From Candidatus Saccharimonadota bacterium (GTDB lineage: Bacteria > Pseudomonadota > Gammaproteobacteria > Enterobacterales > Enterobacteriaceae), in contig NZ_CP135009.1 in assembly GCF_039383305.1 (NCBI RefSeq), forward strand, positions 360,001 through 392,000: DNA of 32,000 bases, read 5' to 3'. Both the position numbers and the translations under genes were made by a program. Each line of letters opens with the position of its first letter. Within the stretch, counting starts at the first letter, position 1. Of this stretch, positions 31,374 to 32,000 are shown piece by piece. Under the pieces are notes generated by a model. It saw nothing but the letters and a program-made list of their open reading frames with translations. It searched no databases and was not told where the DNA came from.

Positions 31374-32000
31374 CTATTTTCTTAATTGATAAATATGCTC
31401 AAAAATTGTAAAACCTAATTTTTTTCCTCTTTGTTCGAACTTAGTCTCTTTAGTTAACTGAAAACATAAAAATTTTATTGGTTTTATAGGAACAAATTTG
31501 AATTCTTTATGATCAAACATTATATTAGTAATATGTTGTGAATATTTTTTACAATCTGTTTTAATATGTAAAAATCCAAAAAAAATTATTTTTTTTGACA
31601 ATATTTGTAAAAATTTTCTTTGTATTAAACGTCTTTTCTGGTGTTTTTTTTTAGGCCAAGGGTCAGGAAAAAAAATTTGTAAAATATAAATTGAAGAATC
31701 AGGAATCATATAATAAAAAACATCAATTGCATCATAAAAAATAATTCGTATATTTGACAAATTATATTTCTTAAATTCACGTAAAATCGATAAAATACTA
31801 GGAGAATAAACTTCAATTCCTATAAAATTTAAATTTAAATTTTGAGAAACAATTTCTAAAAAATCTATACCATTTCCAAATCCTAAATTTAAAATTATAG
31901 GAGATTTTTTTAAAAAAAAATTTTGTAAAAATATTTTTTTTTTTTGAAAATCTATTTTCAGATTTTTCCATAAAAATTTATATTTCTTAAAAAAATTATT
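31374..32000 (-). CDS. trmB: tRNA (guanine-N7)-methyltransferase TrmB (5' end beyond window)
   Basis: The track lists only 31374..31760, from an internal TTG. The same frame stays open to the window end. Hand translation gives ...ILNLGFGNGIDFLEIVSQNLNLNFIGIEVYSPSI...NIRIIFYDAIDVF...LQIFFPDPWPKKKHQKRR..., colinear with E. coli TrmB (LEIGFGMG...FLGIEVH...QLFFPDPWHKARHNKRR). Confidence 0.9.
   Translation of the reverse strand, partial: NNFFKKYKFLWKNLKIDFQKKKIFLQNFFLKKSPIILNLGFGNGIDFLEIVSQNLNLNFIGIEVYSPSILSILREFKKYNLSNIRIIFYDAIDVFYYMIPDSSIYILQIFFPDPWPKKKHQKRRLIQRKFLQILSKKIIFFGFLHIKTDCKKYSQHITNIMFDHKEFKFVPIKPIKFLCFQLTKETKFEQRGKKLGFTIFEHIYQLRK

Overview
By eye the window is only about one-fifth G+C and is almost entirely coding. 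It looks like a reduced gammaproteobacterial insect-endosymbiont chromosome. Protein sequences and gene order fit Buchnera aphidicola best, but that assignment rests on recall, not a search. I support 49 protein-coding genes and 1 tRNA.

Gene content, in order:
- The 3' end of fmt (+), convergent on a minus-strand block that runs without interruption from 685 to 24430.
- That block holds the alpha operon (rplQ-rpoA-rpsD-rpsK-rpsM), the spc operon (rpmJ-secY-rplO-rpmD-rpsE-rplR-rplF-rpsH-rpsN-rplE-rplX-rplN), the S10 operon (rpsQ-rpmC-rplP-rpsC-rplV-rpsS-rplB-rplW-rplD-rplC-rpsJ) and the str operon (tufA-fusA-rpsG-rpsL).
- It continues with tusBCD, fkpA, trpS, rpe, aroB and aroK.
- After it come tRNA-Ser(GGA) (+), nfuA (-), bioH (+), ssb (-), dusA, dnaB, ruvX and hemW (+), and a 5'-truncated trmB (-).

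Two genes are missing from the ORF track. rpmJ (3649..3765) is too short, and the fmt and trmB fragments have no start codon because the window edge cuts them. Nine track ORFs carry spurious N-terminal extensions from upstream TTG, GTG or ATG codons. I trimmed these using homology and Shine-Dalgarno position.

I see no mobile elements, CRISPR arrays, defence or toxin genes, prophage remnants or accessory island, and no convincing undescribed system. This is core housekeeping DNA.

The observation most worth a second look is the full-length HemW/YggW homolog. It has lost the radical-SAM CxxxCxxC and GGGTP motifs but keeps a strongly conserved C-terminal part. Lesser points:
- Poly(A) tracts of 12-14 nt lie inside essential genes.
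- Three GC-containing hairpins stand out at operon boundaries.
- The classical S7 and L4 autoregulatory leaders have no room left.
- rplB starts with TTG.
- A 302-nt spacer upstream of tRNA-Ser is nearly pure A+T.
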